Part shown: positions 10,042 through 19,108 of the stretch, piece by piece | Layout of the letters: each line of letters starts with the position of its first letter | Position numbering within the stretch: position 1 is the stretch's first letter | Assembly: GCF_014396165.1 (NCBI RefSeq) | Contig: NZ_CP060715.1 | Span: forward strand, 240,001-272,000 | Length of the DNA stretch: 32,000 nucleotides | Reading direction: 5' to 3' | DNA from: Erysipelothrix inopinata | GTDB taxonomy: Bacteria > Bacillota_I > Bacilli_A > Erysipelotrichales > Erysipelotrichaceae | Program-made: the position numbers and the translations under genes | Notes under the pieces: model-generated | Told to the model about the DNA's origin: nothing | Database searches by the model: none | The model's input: the letters and a program-made list of their open reading frames with translations, nothing else

Positions 10042-11376
10042 TTATTCTTTAGCAGATAATGCAGCCATTGTAATATAGTTGTATGGTTGATTAAAATGAG
10101 GCAAGAAGAAGATATCAAGAAGTTGAATCTCTTCGATTGTTGCTTGTTTCATGATTGCGAGCGAGAACATATGGATACCCATTGAAATATCTGAATAAGA
10201 TGCAATTTGCGCACCTACGATTCTACGTGATCCACGTTCATAGATGATTCGAATCTTAACATCATTGTTATCACTCATAAAGCCCGGTTTTTGTAAATCT
10301 TCGAACTCTGTATAGGCAACATCAATTCCTGCCTTTGCAGCAGTTGCAAGATTAAGTCCTGTTGACACCATATTGTAACCATAGATTGAAATACCGTTTG
10401 ATCCTTGAACGCCTAATGATTTTAAAGGAGTTCCCCCTACATTATGACCTGCAACAATACCTGATCTTACAGCATTTGTAGCGAGTGCGATATAAGTAGT
10501 TTTTTGAATAGCATTTGAGAAGAGTGTTGCGCAATCTCCAACTGCATATACGTCTTCAAGACTCGTCTTTTGATGTAAATCAACAAGATATGCACCATTA
10601 TCGAAGAGTGTTAAATCATTTTTTCCAAGTTCATTATTAGGTCTGAATCCGATTGCTAAAATGACAAGTTCAGCATCGTACTCACCTTTATTTGTGACTA
10701 CTTTAGAAACTGATCCGTTACCTTTAAGTTCTTTTACCATTTCGCCAAAGCTTAATTCGATACCGTTATCTGAAAGAACTTTGTCCATGTCATTTGAGAA
10801 CCAAGGATCATAATAGTTTGCAAGGCATGTTTCTTCTGCTTCCACGATGCGAACATTTTTACCACGACGTTTCGCTGCCTCAGCCATTTCGACACCAATA
10901 TATCCAGCACCTACAACAACAACATTTTTTACATGTTCTTGTGCAAGGAGTGCATCAACTTTTTGTGAGTCTTGGAATAACTTCACAAAATGAACGCCAT
11001 CCAAATCAATTCCTGGAAGTTTTGGTGCAATAGGTGTTGACCCTGTTGCAAGTATGAGTTTGTCATACTCTATTTCTGATTTATTACCTTGAACGTCAGT
11101 ATAGTGAACTACTTTTCCTTTGAAATCAACATCAGTAACATTGGTTTCCATCTTTACATCTGCACCTTTAGCAATAAAGGCATCTTTATTTGTATAGAAA
11201 AGTTGATCAGAAGAATCAATTTGATGTCCTACCCATAAAGCAGTACCACATCCTAAATAACTTAAATTAGTATTACGATCTAGAATTGTTAGTTCATTTT
11301 CTGGATATGAATCTAACAGTGTATTTGCTGCAGCAATTCCAGCATGGTTTGCACCAATTAAAACAACTTTACTCAT
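10042..11376 (-). CDS. nox: FAD-dependent NADH oxidase / CoA-disulfide reductase family (Nox-like)
   Basis: N-terminal FAD fold VVLIGANHAG, second dinucleotide fold VVVVGAGYIGVE, a single redox Cys in LSYLGCG, and a length of 444 aa. GGAGG RBS. Confidence 0.8.
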   Translation of the reverse strand: MSKVVLIGANHAGIAAANTLLDSYPENELTILDRNTNLSYLGCGTALWVGHQIDSSDQLFYTNKDAFIAKGADVKMETNVTDVDFKGKVVHYTDVQGNKSEIEYDKLILATGSTPIAPKLPGIDLDGVHFVKLFQDSQKVDALLAQEHVKNVVVVGAGYIGVEMAEAAKRRGKNVRIVEAEETCLANYYDPWFSNDMDKVLSDNGIELSFGEMVKELKGNGSVSKVVTNKGEYDAELVILAIGFRPNNELGKNDLTLFDNGAYLVDLHQKTSLEDVYAVGDCATLFSNAIQKTTYIALATNAVRSGIVAGHNVGGTPLKSLGVQGSNGISIYGYNMVSTGLNLATAAKAGIDVAYTEFEDLQKPGFMSDNNDVKIRIIYERGSRRIVGAQIASYSDISMGIHMFSLAIMKQATIEEIQLLDIFFLPHFNQPYNYITMAALSAKE

Positions 11377-11593
11377 ATATAGCCTCCTATGTGACGTTCG
11401 CCACTATCCAAATAATATCTTTTAATCTATTAATTTCAGTGATATTTTGCGGAAAACTAAATATAATCGCGTTGAAATGTCGTACAGGTACGGTAGCACA
11501 CACTGTTATGTTAAAAATCTATCGATTTTCACAACTATTAGTTGTTTATATTAAAAGACACTTATAAAAAGTGTCCTTCGTTTCATTCATGAA

Positions 11594-14077
11594 CTAGTCT
11601 TTTTTAAATTTTAGTACAACAAGTGACAAACCACCTGCCACTAACATTGTAGGGAATATGATTGAAGTTTTCATTCCTGTAGCAGGAAGCTCTTCATCTT
11701 TAATATTCTCTTTCCATTTTGCGTGAAGTACCATATCTTTCATTATTGTATCCACATCAAAGTTCCACGCTGTTGCATATGTAGCGTCTGTATACCAACC
11801 TTCAAAGGTGAATCCATCTTTAGTTGGATTAGCAGGTTTTTGAACTTTAACTCCAGATTCAAGTTGAAGTTGTGGCGCTACGGTTGAGCCACCATGACTA
11901 TCAAATGTTACATCGTATTTTTCTACTACAACTGGGTTTTCAAGCCATTTTGCGTGAAGTGTCATATTTTTCGACACAGTATCTAGCTCAAAGTTCCAAA
12001 CTGTCGTTAAGGCATCAGAAGTATACCATCCATTAAATGTATACCCAACTCTAGTTGGTTCAATAGGTTTCATAACATGTGATCCATTCTCAAGTTGAAG
12101 TTGCGGTGCAACGGTTGAGCCACCATGACTATCAAATGTCACATCATATTTTTCTACTACAACTGGGTTTTCTTCCCATTTTGCATGAAGCGTTATATCT
12201 TGAGTTACTGTATCAACATCAAAGTTCCACGCTGTTGCATATGTAGCGTCTGTATACCAACCTTCAAATGTAAATCCATCTTTAGTTGGATTAGCAGGTT
12301 TTTGAACTTTAACTCCAGATTCAAGCTGAAGTTGTGGTGCCACGGTTGAGCCACCATGACTATCAAATGTTACATCATATTTTTCAATTACAGGAATTTC
12401 TTCCCATTTAGCATGAAGCGTTATATCTTGAGTCACTGTATCAACATCAAAGTTCCACGCTGTTGCATATGTAGCGTCTGTATACCAACCTTCAAAGGTG
12501 AATCCATCTTTAGTTGGATTAGCAGGTTTTTGAACTTTAACTCCAGATTCAAGCTGAAGTTGTGGTGCCACGGTTGAGCCACCATGACTATCAAATGTCA
12601 CATCATATTTTTCAATTACAGGAATTTCTTCCCAATTAGCATGAAGCGTCATATCTTGAGTCACTGTATCAACATCAAAGTTCCACGCTGTTGCGAATGT
12701 AGCGTCTGTATACCAACCTTCAAATGTGAATCCATCTTTCGTTGGATTAGAAGGTTTGGTTGCAAATGAACCTAAGTCTATATCTCGTTGAGGATCTACT
12801 GAGGTTCCGCCGTGTGAATCGAATGTGACGTTTACTTTTTGTGAAAGATAGGGAACATAGATTGGCACGATTACATTTTCGTCTTGCTCAATTCCCCAAT
12901 ATCCATTTTTCATATAACGGTAATATGAGTTAATCATAATACCTTCCGATTGTGAGTATGACCCATTTCCTTCATAGTAATCTGAAAGATCATCAATTGG
13001 AGAATTCTTATAAGCTCTTACTAAGTCAGAGTGTTCCGTTAGTAGCATCGTAACATCTTCATTCTTTTCGAAATTTAAGACAATTTCTTTAATGCTTCCT
13101 CTAATTGATTCATCACCATCAGATCCTTCATCAGTGAAGAACTTGTATGCATCACCTTCCTGGTCTAAATTTGTTTCATAATCTTGGTCTGCAACAAATA
13201 CACGACCATCGTTCAAAGTAACCTCAATCATAAAGCTAGGGCTTTCGAGGGTATAAAGGAAGTAATCATTAATATATTCAATATTTACAGAAACTGTTTT
13301 TTCATCATCCTTAGCAAATCGATAAGAATCTTCGTTCGACACAATAACTTGAGGTATCATGTCTTGAGTAATTTTCATTTGGTAGTAGTCCTTACCACCA
13401 ACAGTTACATTTGTTACCGAAGCATCATGGAACCGTTCGGGTTGTTCAGCTTCAATCTCATAGTTTAGAGTACGTTTAAGACCGTCCATCCATCGATAAT
13501 CACGAAGATAGAGGTCACTCTCTGTAAATTCAACATCCATTCGTGGCCCTTGGTACTGAACAGATAATGCTCTTAATTTTGTTTCAAGGTTCACTCTGTA
13601 TGTCTCAAAATCTGAGGGAGCGAGTCCACCATCAAAGTCTCCATATGTTGGCAGTTGAAATTCATTCTTTGCTTCGACATAGATACCCGGAACAATCTCA
13701 ATTCCATAATCGAGAGTAGATGAAGAAAAAGCATTAAAATTCGTAATTTCATCATCAGTATTTAAAGATATTAACACTTCAAATAATGTCAGATTTTCAA
13801 AACGATCAATTCCTTTATAATCAAAAATATATGTTTTATAAATTTTTTGATCTTCTATTTCCAGTGCTGAAACTGTATCTGCAATTTCATCAAAATCTTG
13901 ATCTGTTTCTGGATCTCTTTGTGGAACTAAAACATCATCCGCTCTATTCACTGCTGTTAAGTAATTCTTTAAGTCATTTGAATATGCTGAGTCATCTGCA
14001 AATACAGTAGAACTTGCTACTGGTATGACCATGACTGTCAGCAATAATGACAAACATAATTTCCAAAATCGTTTCAT
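11594..14077 (-). CDS. LPXTG-anchored surface protein: N-terminal domain of about 410 aa of unknown function plus five Listeria-Bacteroides (Flg_new/InlB B-type) repeats
   Basis: Signal peptide MKRFWKLCLSLLLTVMVIPVASSTVFA. The unit VTFDSHGG...P.KDGFTFEGWYTD...WNFD.DTV..D.TLHAKW occurs five times. It ends in LPATG plus a hydrophobic segment and KFKKD. Confidence 0.85.
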   Translation of the reverse strand: MKRFWKLCLSLLLTVMVIPVASSTVFADDSAYSNDLKNYLTAVNRADDVLVPQRDPETDQDFDEIADTVSALEIEDQKIYKTYIFDYKGIDRFENLTLFEVLISLNTDDEITNFNAFSSSTLDYGIEIVPGIYVEAKNEFQLPTYGDFDGGLAPSDFETYRVNLETKLRALSVQYQGPRMDVEFTESDLYLRDYRWMDGLKRTLNYEIEAEQPERFHDASVTNVTVGGKDYYQMKITQDMIPQVIVSNEDSYRFAKDDEKTVSVNIEYINDYFLYTLESPSFMIEVTLNDGRVFVADQDYETNLDQEGDAYKFFTDEGSDGDESIRGSIKEIVLNFEKNEDVTMLLTEHSDLVRAYKNSPIDDLSDYYEGNGSYSQSEGIMINSYYRYMKNGYWGIEQDENVIVPIYVPYLSQKVNVTFDSHGGTSVDPQRDIDLGSFATKPSNPTKDGFTFEGWYTDATFATAWNFDVDTVTQDMTLHANWEEIPVIEKYDVTFDSHGGSTVAPQLQLESGVKVQKPANPTKDGFTFEGWYTDATYATAWNFDVDTVTQDITLHAKWEEIPVIEKYDVTFDSHGGSTVAPQLQLESGVKVQKPANPTKDGFTFEGWYTDATYATAWNFDVDTVTQDITLHAKWEENPVVVEKYDVTFDSHGGSTVAPQLQLENGSHVMKPIEPTRVGYTFNGWYTSDALTTVWNFELDTVSKNMTLHAKWLENPVVVEKYDVTFDSHGGSTVAPQLQLESGVKVQKPANPTKDGFTFEGWYTDATYATAWNFDVDTIMKDMVLHAKWKENIKDEELPATGMKTSIIFPTMLVAGGLSLVVLKFKKD
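11705..12840 (-). repeat. Five tandem 228-231 bp coding repeats
   Basis: The repeat register is visible as atgactatcaaatgt at 11894, 12125, 12356 and 12584. Units 2 and 3 encode identical peptides apart from the linker and are about 95 percent identical in DNA by eye. Confidence 0.9.
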
Positions 14078-14186
14078 ACTATTCTCCTTTTAGATACTCT
14101 AAACCCATTTTCGCATCTTAAATCAATATTAATGCATTATTACTTAATAAAAGTGAAATATAAATGAATATCTATGTTTTCAAATT

Positions 14187-15530
14187 GGTAGCGTCAAGAA
14201 GTTTGTGTAAACATCGTTTCTTGTAGAAGAAAATTATTAATGGTATTTTTCTTCAAATAATGTTTCAATTTCAGACTGTACTATATCAAATCCTTTATGA
14301 ATCCTACGAATGCTTTTGTGATTGTATTCAATCACTTGAGAGCATACAAAACGGTCGAGTGACTCTTCATTAGGAAATTGTTCTTTACGACGAGTATACC
14401 GCTTTAGATGCTTATTGAATCCTTCAATTAAGTTTGTTGTATATAAACTTCTCTGAATTTGTCTTGGAAAATCTAAAAATTCAAACAAACTTTTGTTTTT
14501 ATCAAACATAGCTACAACCTTCGGATATCGTTTCTTAACCGATGCTTTGAAGTTTTCCAGCAAGTCGATCGCTACTGATTTTTCAGTTGCCTGATAAACA
14601 GGTTTCAATTGTTCTAAAATTTCTTTACGATCTTTTGCTCGCACCAAGCGTGAAACGTTTCTCTGTAAATGAACCCAACACGTTTGGTGCATTGCTTTCG
14701 GATACACTTCTAAACAGGCATCTCGAATACCTGTTAGTCCATCAGTGATAAACAACAAAACTTCTTCACAACCACACATTTGTATGTCCTTAAGCATCTC
14801 ACGATAATTATCAGCTGATTCTTGTGGATAGATTCGATAATCTAAAACTTCTTTATATCCTTCTGGAGTGATGCCGATAAGAATATGTAGTGCTTCTTTA
14901 GAAACAGAATCCCGTCGTACATTTAGATAAGTTGAGTCACCATAAACCGCAAGGTAGCGCTTGGAAAGTAATCGTTTATGAAATTCATCAACAGAAGTTT
15001 CAATGGCTTGAGTTATATAAGAAACTGTTTGTGGCGTGTAAGCATGTCCGTACATTTTTTCAATTAAATCGGCAATTTCAGAAGTGGTGATGCCTTTAGA
15101 ATAGAGTTGAAGAATGGTAGTTTCTAAATCATCAGTCTGACGTTTGTAAGGCGGAATGGTTTGTTGATTAAAATCACCATTGCGGTCACGTGGTATGGTA
15201 AGGCATACTTCACCATACTTTGTTTTAACAGTTCGAGTATAGTTTCCGTTTCTAGAATTACCACTATTGTAGCCAATTGGATCATATCGTTCATAATCTA
15301 AAAATACAGTCAACTCTGTTTGGAGTAATTGATTCATCGCAATTTCTAACTCACTTCTGATGAAAGTATCCAATGATATTCCTTGGGCTAGTGCAGTATA
15401 AAGTTCTGTGTTAAAATTAGTCATGGGAAGTCTCCTTTTGAATGTTGTCTAGTAACTTTATTCTACAAGATATGACTTCCTTTTTCTATTTCACGTCGCA
15501 AGACGTTTACACAAAATATTTTATACTACC
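14187..15530 (-). mobile_element. Intact IS256-family insertion sequence (1344 bp) with an 8-bp target-site duplication
   Basis: Imperfect terminal IRs: GGTAGCGTCAAGAAGTTTGTGTAAACATC on the left and, as reverse complement on the right, GGTAGTATAAAATATTTTGTGTAAACGTC. A perfect direct repeat TTCAAATT lies at 14179-14186 and 15531-15538. Confidence 0.9.
14237..15424 (-). CDS. IS256-family (mutator-type) DDE transposase
   Basis: 395 aa, with the family-typical ITDGLTGIRDA and QTCWVHLQRNV blocks. GGAG RBS. Confidence 0.9.
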   Translation of the reverse strand: MTNFNTELYTALAQGISLDTFIRSELEIAMNQLLQTELTVFLDYERYDPIGYNSGNSRNGNYTRTVKTKYGEVCLTIPRDRNGDFNQQTIPPYKRQTDDLETTILQLYSKGITTSEIADLIEKMYGHAYTPQTVSYITQAIETSVDEFHKRLLSKRYLAVYGDSTYLNVRRDSVSKEALHILIGITPEGYKEVLDYRIYPQESADNYREMLKDIQMCGCEEVLLFITDGLTGIRDACLEVYPKAMHQTCWVHLQRNVSRLVRAKDRKEILEQLKPVYQATEKSVAIDLLENFKASVKKRYPKVVAMFDKNKSLFEFLDFPRQIQRSLYTTNLIEGFNKHLKRYTRRKEQFPNEESLDRFVCSQVIEYNHKSIRRIHKGFDIVQSEIETLFEEKYH

Positions 15531-15585
15531 TTCAAATTATTCTCTATGATAGTATGTTATTTATAAGAGAGTTGAGGATATCATA

Positions 15586-16479
15586 ATGATCTATAGTATT
15601 GGTGAAATGTTAATTGATTTAATGCAAGAGAATGGTAAGTATATTCCTTTTCCAGGTGGAGCCCCTGCGAATGTTGCCGCACACGCGAAACTTAGTGGTG
15701 CTAACGCTGCCTTTATAGGTAAAATAAGTAAAGATACGTTTGGGCTTCTTCTGACAGATACACTTAAAAGTTACGGAATTCATTTCCCTTTACCTCTCAG
15801 CTCAAAAAATACAACCCTTGCTGTTGTATCTCACGTAAGAGGCGAACGTTCTTTTAGCTTCTACAGAACGAACACAGCAGATTTAGATCTTGATATCGCT
15901 GACATCGATTGTATCCCTTTTAAAATCAAGGATATTCTTCACCTTTGTTCTCTCGGACTCGTCTTGCAAGGAACCACAAGACAGGCTCATTATCACGCGA
16001 TTAATAAATGTAAGGAAAAAGATGGAATCATCAGTTTCGACGTTAATTTACGTGCAGGTTTATGGGATGATTTATCACTGGCAAAAGAACAAGTTTTTAA
16101 TATATTTGAACTCTCTGATATTATTAAGGTAAATGAAGAAGAATTGTATTGGTTAACGAATTCCACGTCTGTTGAGAAAGGATTACGACAAATTCAAACG
16201 CACAATCAACTTATCATCTGTACGATGGGTGCCAAGGGTGCTGTAACGCTCACTACACGCGGTAATATAATTCACACCGCATCGATATCTGTAGAACAAA
16301 TTGATAGCACTGGAGCAGGTGACAGCTTCATTGCCACCCTGCTTGCTTCGCTATCAAAAAGCGGATTAGAATTACTAGAATGGCAAGATACATTACTTGA
16401 AGAAGCACTTAACAACGCACATAAGGTCAGTGGACAAGTCGTATCAAAACACGGAGCAGTACCTATAGTTTTATACTAG
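15586..16479 (+). CDS. PfkB-family carbohydrate kinase, fructokinase-like
   Basis: N-terminal GGAPANVA and C-terminal DSTGAGDSF motifs. 297 aa. GAGG RBS. Confidence 0.75.
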   Translation: MIYSIGEMLIDLMQENGKYIPFPGGAPANVAAHAKLSGANAAFIGKISKDTFGLLLTDTLKSYGIHFPLPLSSKNTTLAVVSHVRGERSFSFYRTNTADLDLDIADIDCIPFKIKDILHLCSLGLVLQGTTRQAHYHAINKCKEKDGIISFDVNLRAGLWDDLSLAKEQVFNIFELSDIIKVNEEELYWLTNSTSVEKGLRQIQTHNQLIICTMGAKGAVTLTTRGNIIHTASISVEQIDSTGAGDSFIATLLASLSKSGLELLEWQDTLLEEALNNAHKVSGQVVSKHGAVPIVLY

Positions 16480-16490
16480 TCACACACCAA

Positions 16491-16518
16491 AAAGGGAATT
16501 CGAATACGAATTCCCTTT
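16491..16518. terminator. Terminator between the fructokinase gene and the convergent PTP-like gene
   Basis: AAAGGGAATTCG-AATA-CGAATTCCCTTT followed by a T-run. Confidence 0.85.
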
Positions 16519-16552
16519 TATTTTTATTTATAATATATTTTTAAACTAAGTT

Positions 16553-16885
16553 TTACTTACCATCGATTTCTACAACTTCGTCAAAACTTGAGTTGAGTAT
16601 ATCAATTAAATCCTCGTCCATATACAAATATTCGTCCGGAATATAAAGACAAATAACCGACTTTTCATTCACAGTATCTTGATATTTTTCAAGAATTCTT
16701 CTTGTATGCTTCTTTTCCATCGTCACGATAACGTCAGCCCAACCTAATAATCCTTCAGTAACTTTTACCCTAGCATTACTTTCAGTTCCTGCGGATCGTA
16801 CTTGGTGACCATTAATGCCATTTAAAACTTTCTCTGCAGTTAAGCTTCTCCGTTTGTTTTGACTACATAAATAAAGAATCTTCAT
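16553..16885 (-). CDS. Short LMW-PTP/ArsC-fold phosphatase-like protein (110 aa)
   Basis: N-terminal P-loop C-x5-R-S in ILYLCSQNKRRSLT. Only about 110 aa long, and it lacks the canonical DPYY loop (it has IPDEY instead). Confidence 0.6.
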   Translation of the reverse strand: MKILYLCSQNKRRSLTAEKVLNGINGHQVRSAGTESNARVKVTEGLLGWADVIVTMEKKHTRRILEKYQDTVNEKSVICLYIPDEYLYMDEDLIDILNSSFDEVVEIDGK

Positions 16886-17064
16886 TATTTGTCATCTAGA
16901 TATTGCTTCATTATCAGAAAACCTGTAACAGCAAAAACCAAACCAAATATTGTTAGAATCAGATCTAACTTGCTAAACTCCAAGTTAAAAATCAGCTTCG
17001 AAAGCATTGACCCTAAAATTACTATGCCACATATACCTTGAATGCGTCCTGTCTTTCTCTTCAT
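16885..17064 (-). CDS. Small membrane protein (59 aa), below the track cutoff
   Basis: My translation: MKRKTGRIQGICGIVILGSMLSKLIFNLEFSKLDLILTIFGLVFAVTGFLIMKQYLDDK, with two hydrophobic helices. GGAGA RBS. Its stop overlaps the downstream ATG (TAATG). Confidence 0.5.
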   Translation of the reverse strand: MKRKTGRIQGICGIVILGSMLSKLIFNLEFSKLDLILTIFGLVFAVTGFLIMKQYLDDK

Positions 17065-17134
17065 AATATCTCCATACTTACTCTATATTTAAATTACCAT
17101 GGTTTAACTATATCATGAAATGAATACACAAAAA

Positions 17135-17152
17135 AACTCACCGGAGTGAGTT
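17135..17152 (-). terminator. Terminator of the five-tRNA operon
   Basis: AACTCAC-CGGA-GTGAGTT with a U-run on the minus strand. Confidence 0.7.
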
Positions 17153-17164
17153 GTCGATTTTTTA

Positions 17165-17238
17165 TGGAGCGGGTGAGGAGAATCGAACTCCCGTAGCCAG
17201 CTTGGAAGGCTGGAGTTTTACCATTAAACTACACCCGC
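17165..17238 (-). tRNA. tRNA-Gly (anticodon UCC)
   Basis: Cloverleaf folded by hand: acceptor GCGGGTG, anticodon arm CCAGC-CTTCCAA-GCTGG, T-loop TTCGATT, CCA encoded. Confidence 0.9.
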
Positions 17239-17240
17239 AA

Positions 17241-17316
17241 TGGTGTCCCGTGTAGGACTCGAACCTACGACCCACTGATTAAAAGTCAGTTGCTCTACCA
17301 CCTGAGCTAACGGGAC
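17241..17316 (-). tRNA. tRNA-Lys (anticodon UUU)
   Basis: Acceptor GTCCCGT, anticodon arm ACTGA-CTTTTAA-TCAGT, CCA encoded. Confidence 0.9.
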
Positions 17317-17321
17317 AAGAA

Positions 17322-17405
17322 TGGTGGGGAGAGGCAGATTCGAACTGCCGAACCCTAAGGAGATGATTTACAGTCACCCGCGTTTAGCCACTTCGCTATC
17401 TCCCC
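17322..17405 (-). tRNA. tRNA-Tyr (anticodon GUA), long variable arm
   Basis: Acceptor GGGGAGA, anticodon loop CTGTAAA, long variable arm, T-loop TTCGAAT, CCA encoded. Confidence 0.9.
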
Positions 17406-17429
17406 ACAATGTTATGGTAAATTTATAAA

Positions 17430-17505
17430 TGGTGCCGACTAGAGGACTTGAACCCCCAACCTACTGATTACAAATCAGTTGCTCTACCAATTGAGCTAAG
17501 TCGGC
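17430..17505 (-). tRNA. tRNA-Thr (anticodon UGU)
   Basis: Acceptor GCCGACT, anticodon arm ACTGA-TTTGTAA-TCAGT, CCA encoded. Confidence 0.9.
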
Positions 17506-17507
17506 AA

Positions 17508-17583
17508 TGGTGGAGGTTAACGGGCTCGAACCGCTGACCCTCTGCTTGTAAGGCAGATGCTCTCCCAACTGAGCTAAACCTCC
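17508..17583 (-). tRNA. tRNA-Val (anticodon UAC)
   Basis: Acceptor GGAGGTT, anticodon arm TCTGC-CTTACAA-GCAGA, CCA encoded. Identical to the copy at 24165-24240. Confidence 0.9.
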
Positions 17584-17618
17584 AGGTTTTTTTACTGCGT
17601 TTCCTTAACGCCTTAATA

Positions 17619-17647
17619 ATATAACATATGCTTGAGAGTATAGTCAA
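17619..17647 (-). promoter_or_regulatory. Sigma-A-type promoter of the tRNA operon
   Basis: On the minus strand: TTGACT (17647-17642), a 17-nt spacer, then TTATAT (17624-19), about 35 nt upstream of tRNA-Val. Confidence 0.6.
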
Positions 17648-17734
17648 CACTAAAAGTGCAAATTATTAATTTATTTTAATAACTTACAAATAAAGGCTTT
17701 AAAAGTGCATATTTTCGTATTTTTATTTACAAAA

Positions 17735-17759
17735 AAGATTCGGTGAGAGACCGAATCTT
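17735..17759. terminator. Terminator downstream of pta
   Basis: AAGATTCGG-N7-CCGAATCTT, flanked by an A-run and a T-run. Confidence 0.8.
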
Positions 17760-17768
17760 AGTTTTTAA

Positions 17769-18740
17769 TTAAATTAAAGTTTGAGCTGCAGTAATAATTG
17801 CAAGCTTATAAACATCTTCTTCAACACAACCACGTGATAAATCTGAAATTGGTTTGTTCAATCCTTGAAGGATCGGTCCAATAGCTTCAAATCCACCAAG
17901 ACGTTGAGCAATCTTGTAACCAATATTACCAGATTGAATTTCTGGGAATACAAATACTTTAGCATGTCCAGCAACTTTTGATTCTGGTGCTTTTAAAGCT
18001 GCAACAGTTGGAGCAAAAGAAGCATCAAATTGTAATTCACCATCAATTAGATATTCTGGAGCTAATTCACGAGCAATCTTAGTTGCTTCTACAACTTTAT
18101 CAACTTCTGGGCTCTTTGCAGATCCTTTAGTTGAGAAACTCATCATTGATACAATTGGATCAATTCCGAAGAGTTCTGCAGTACGTGCACTTTCAACAGC
18201 AATTTCAGCGAGTTCTTGTGCTGAAGGATTAATATTGATTGCACAGTCAGAGAATAAATATGTTTCAGTACGTTTGTGCATAATGAATGCACCACTTGTT
18301 CTACTTACTCCAGGTTTTGTTTTAATAATTTGTAATGCAGGACGAACAGTGTCTCCTGTTGAGTGAACAGCACCACTGACCATTGCATCAGCATAACCCA
18401 TATATGTTAGCATTGTTCCGAAGTAGTTTACATTTTGAATCCATTTGTAAGCATCTTCTTTTTCTAATTTTCCATTACGACGTTCTACAAGTGCATCAAC
18501 CATTGCTTCCTTATCTTGGTAGGTTTCAGGATCAATGATTTCCAATTTATCAGTTAAGAATCCTAAGTTATGAGACATTTCTTCAATCTCTTCCTTATTA
18601 CCTAATAAAATTGGGTGTAGTAAACCATCTGCTGCAAGTCTTACAGCTGCACCAATAATACGTGCATCATTTCCTTCTGGAAAAACAACTTTTATGTTTT
18701 TTCCACTAATTTTGTGTTTGAGTCCTTCAAATAATTCCAT
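17769..18740 (-). CDS. pta: Phosphate acetyltransferase
   Basis: 323 aa. The N-terminus KVVFPEGNDARIIGAA, plus NINPSA, SFSTKGSAK and DLSRG blocks, are typical of short-form Pta. AGGAGGAG RBS. Confidence 0.9.
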   Translation of the reverse strand: MELFEGLKHKISGKNIKVVFPEGNDARIIGAAVRLAADGLLHPILLGNKEEIEEMSHNLGFLTDKLEIIDPETYQDKEAMVDALVERRNGKLEKEDAYKWIQNVNYFGTMLTYMGYADAMVSGAVHSTGDTVRPALQIIKTKPGVSRTSGAFIMHKRTETYLFSDCAININPSAQELAEIAVESARTAELFGIDPIVSMMSFSTKGSAKSPEVDKVVEATKIARELAPEYLIDGELQFDASFAPTVAALKAPESKVAGHAKVFVFPEIQSGNIGYKIAQRLGGFEAIGPILQGLNKPISDLSRGCVEEDVYKLAIITAAQTLI

Positions 18741-18934
18741 TTGAGATATCTCCTCCTATTTCCATTTCCACATACTATAATATACTAGTCACCTACTACT
18801 TTAAAGGGTAATACCATTTTTTTAGGAATTATTTGATTAAAGATACACTACAAATACAATCTCTTCCTTTTGTAACTTTTCCAGTTGTTTTTCTTATCTA
18901 TTTAGAAATATTGATATTTTTTACGAATTGGGGC

Positions 18935-18962
18935 TTGAAAAGGATTTATCTTATGCTATAAT
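18935..18962 (+). promoter_or_regulatory. Promoter of tRNA-Gln
   Basis: TTGAAA, a 16-nt spacer, then TGCTATAAT (extended -10), about 30 nt upstream of the tRNA. Confidence 0.65.
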
Positions 18963-18993
18963 AAACAAGCAAACGGAAGTTAGCGCAGTATAT

Positions 18994-19068
18994 TGGGCCA
19001 TAGCCAAGCGGTAAGGCATCACACTTTGACTGTGACATTCCCTGGTTCGATCCCAGGTGGCCCAGCCA
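18994..19068 (+). tRNA. tRNA-Gln (anticodon UUG)
   Basis: Acceptor TGGGCCA, anticodon arm TCACA-CTTTGAC-TGTGA, T-loop TTCGATC, CCA encoded. Confidence 0.9.
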
Positions 19069-19081
19069 ATATATAAATACA

Positions 19082-19108
19082 ACACAATCAATTAGATTGT
19101 GTTTTTTT
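19082..19108 (+). terminator. Terminator of tRNA-Gln
   Basis: ACACAATC-AATTA-GATTGTGT followed by TTTTTT. Confidence 0.8.

Noticed and set aside
11377-11593. A TTGTGAA half-site upstream of nox as a possible Rex box.
   Set aside because: There is no matching TTCACAA half at the correct spacing, so it is only a half-site.
11705-12840. Regularly spaced repeats that could look like a CRISPR array. The same applies to the 9-bp and 18-bp repeats at 1100-1285 and 8093-8213.
   Set aside because: All of them lie in-frame inside long ORFs that have signal peptides and LPXTG signals. The units are contiguous with no unique spacers, and no cas genes are present.
17468-17650. Track ORFs 17468-17650 and 24031-24282.
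   Set aside because: They are read through tRNA genes on the same strand and have no RBS, so they are spurious.
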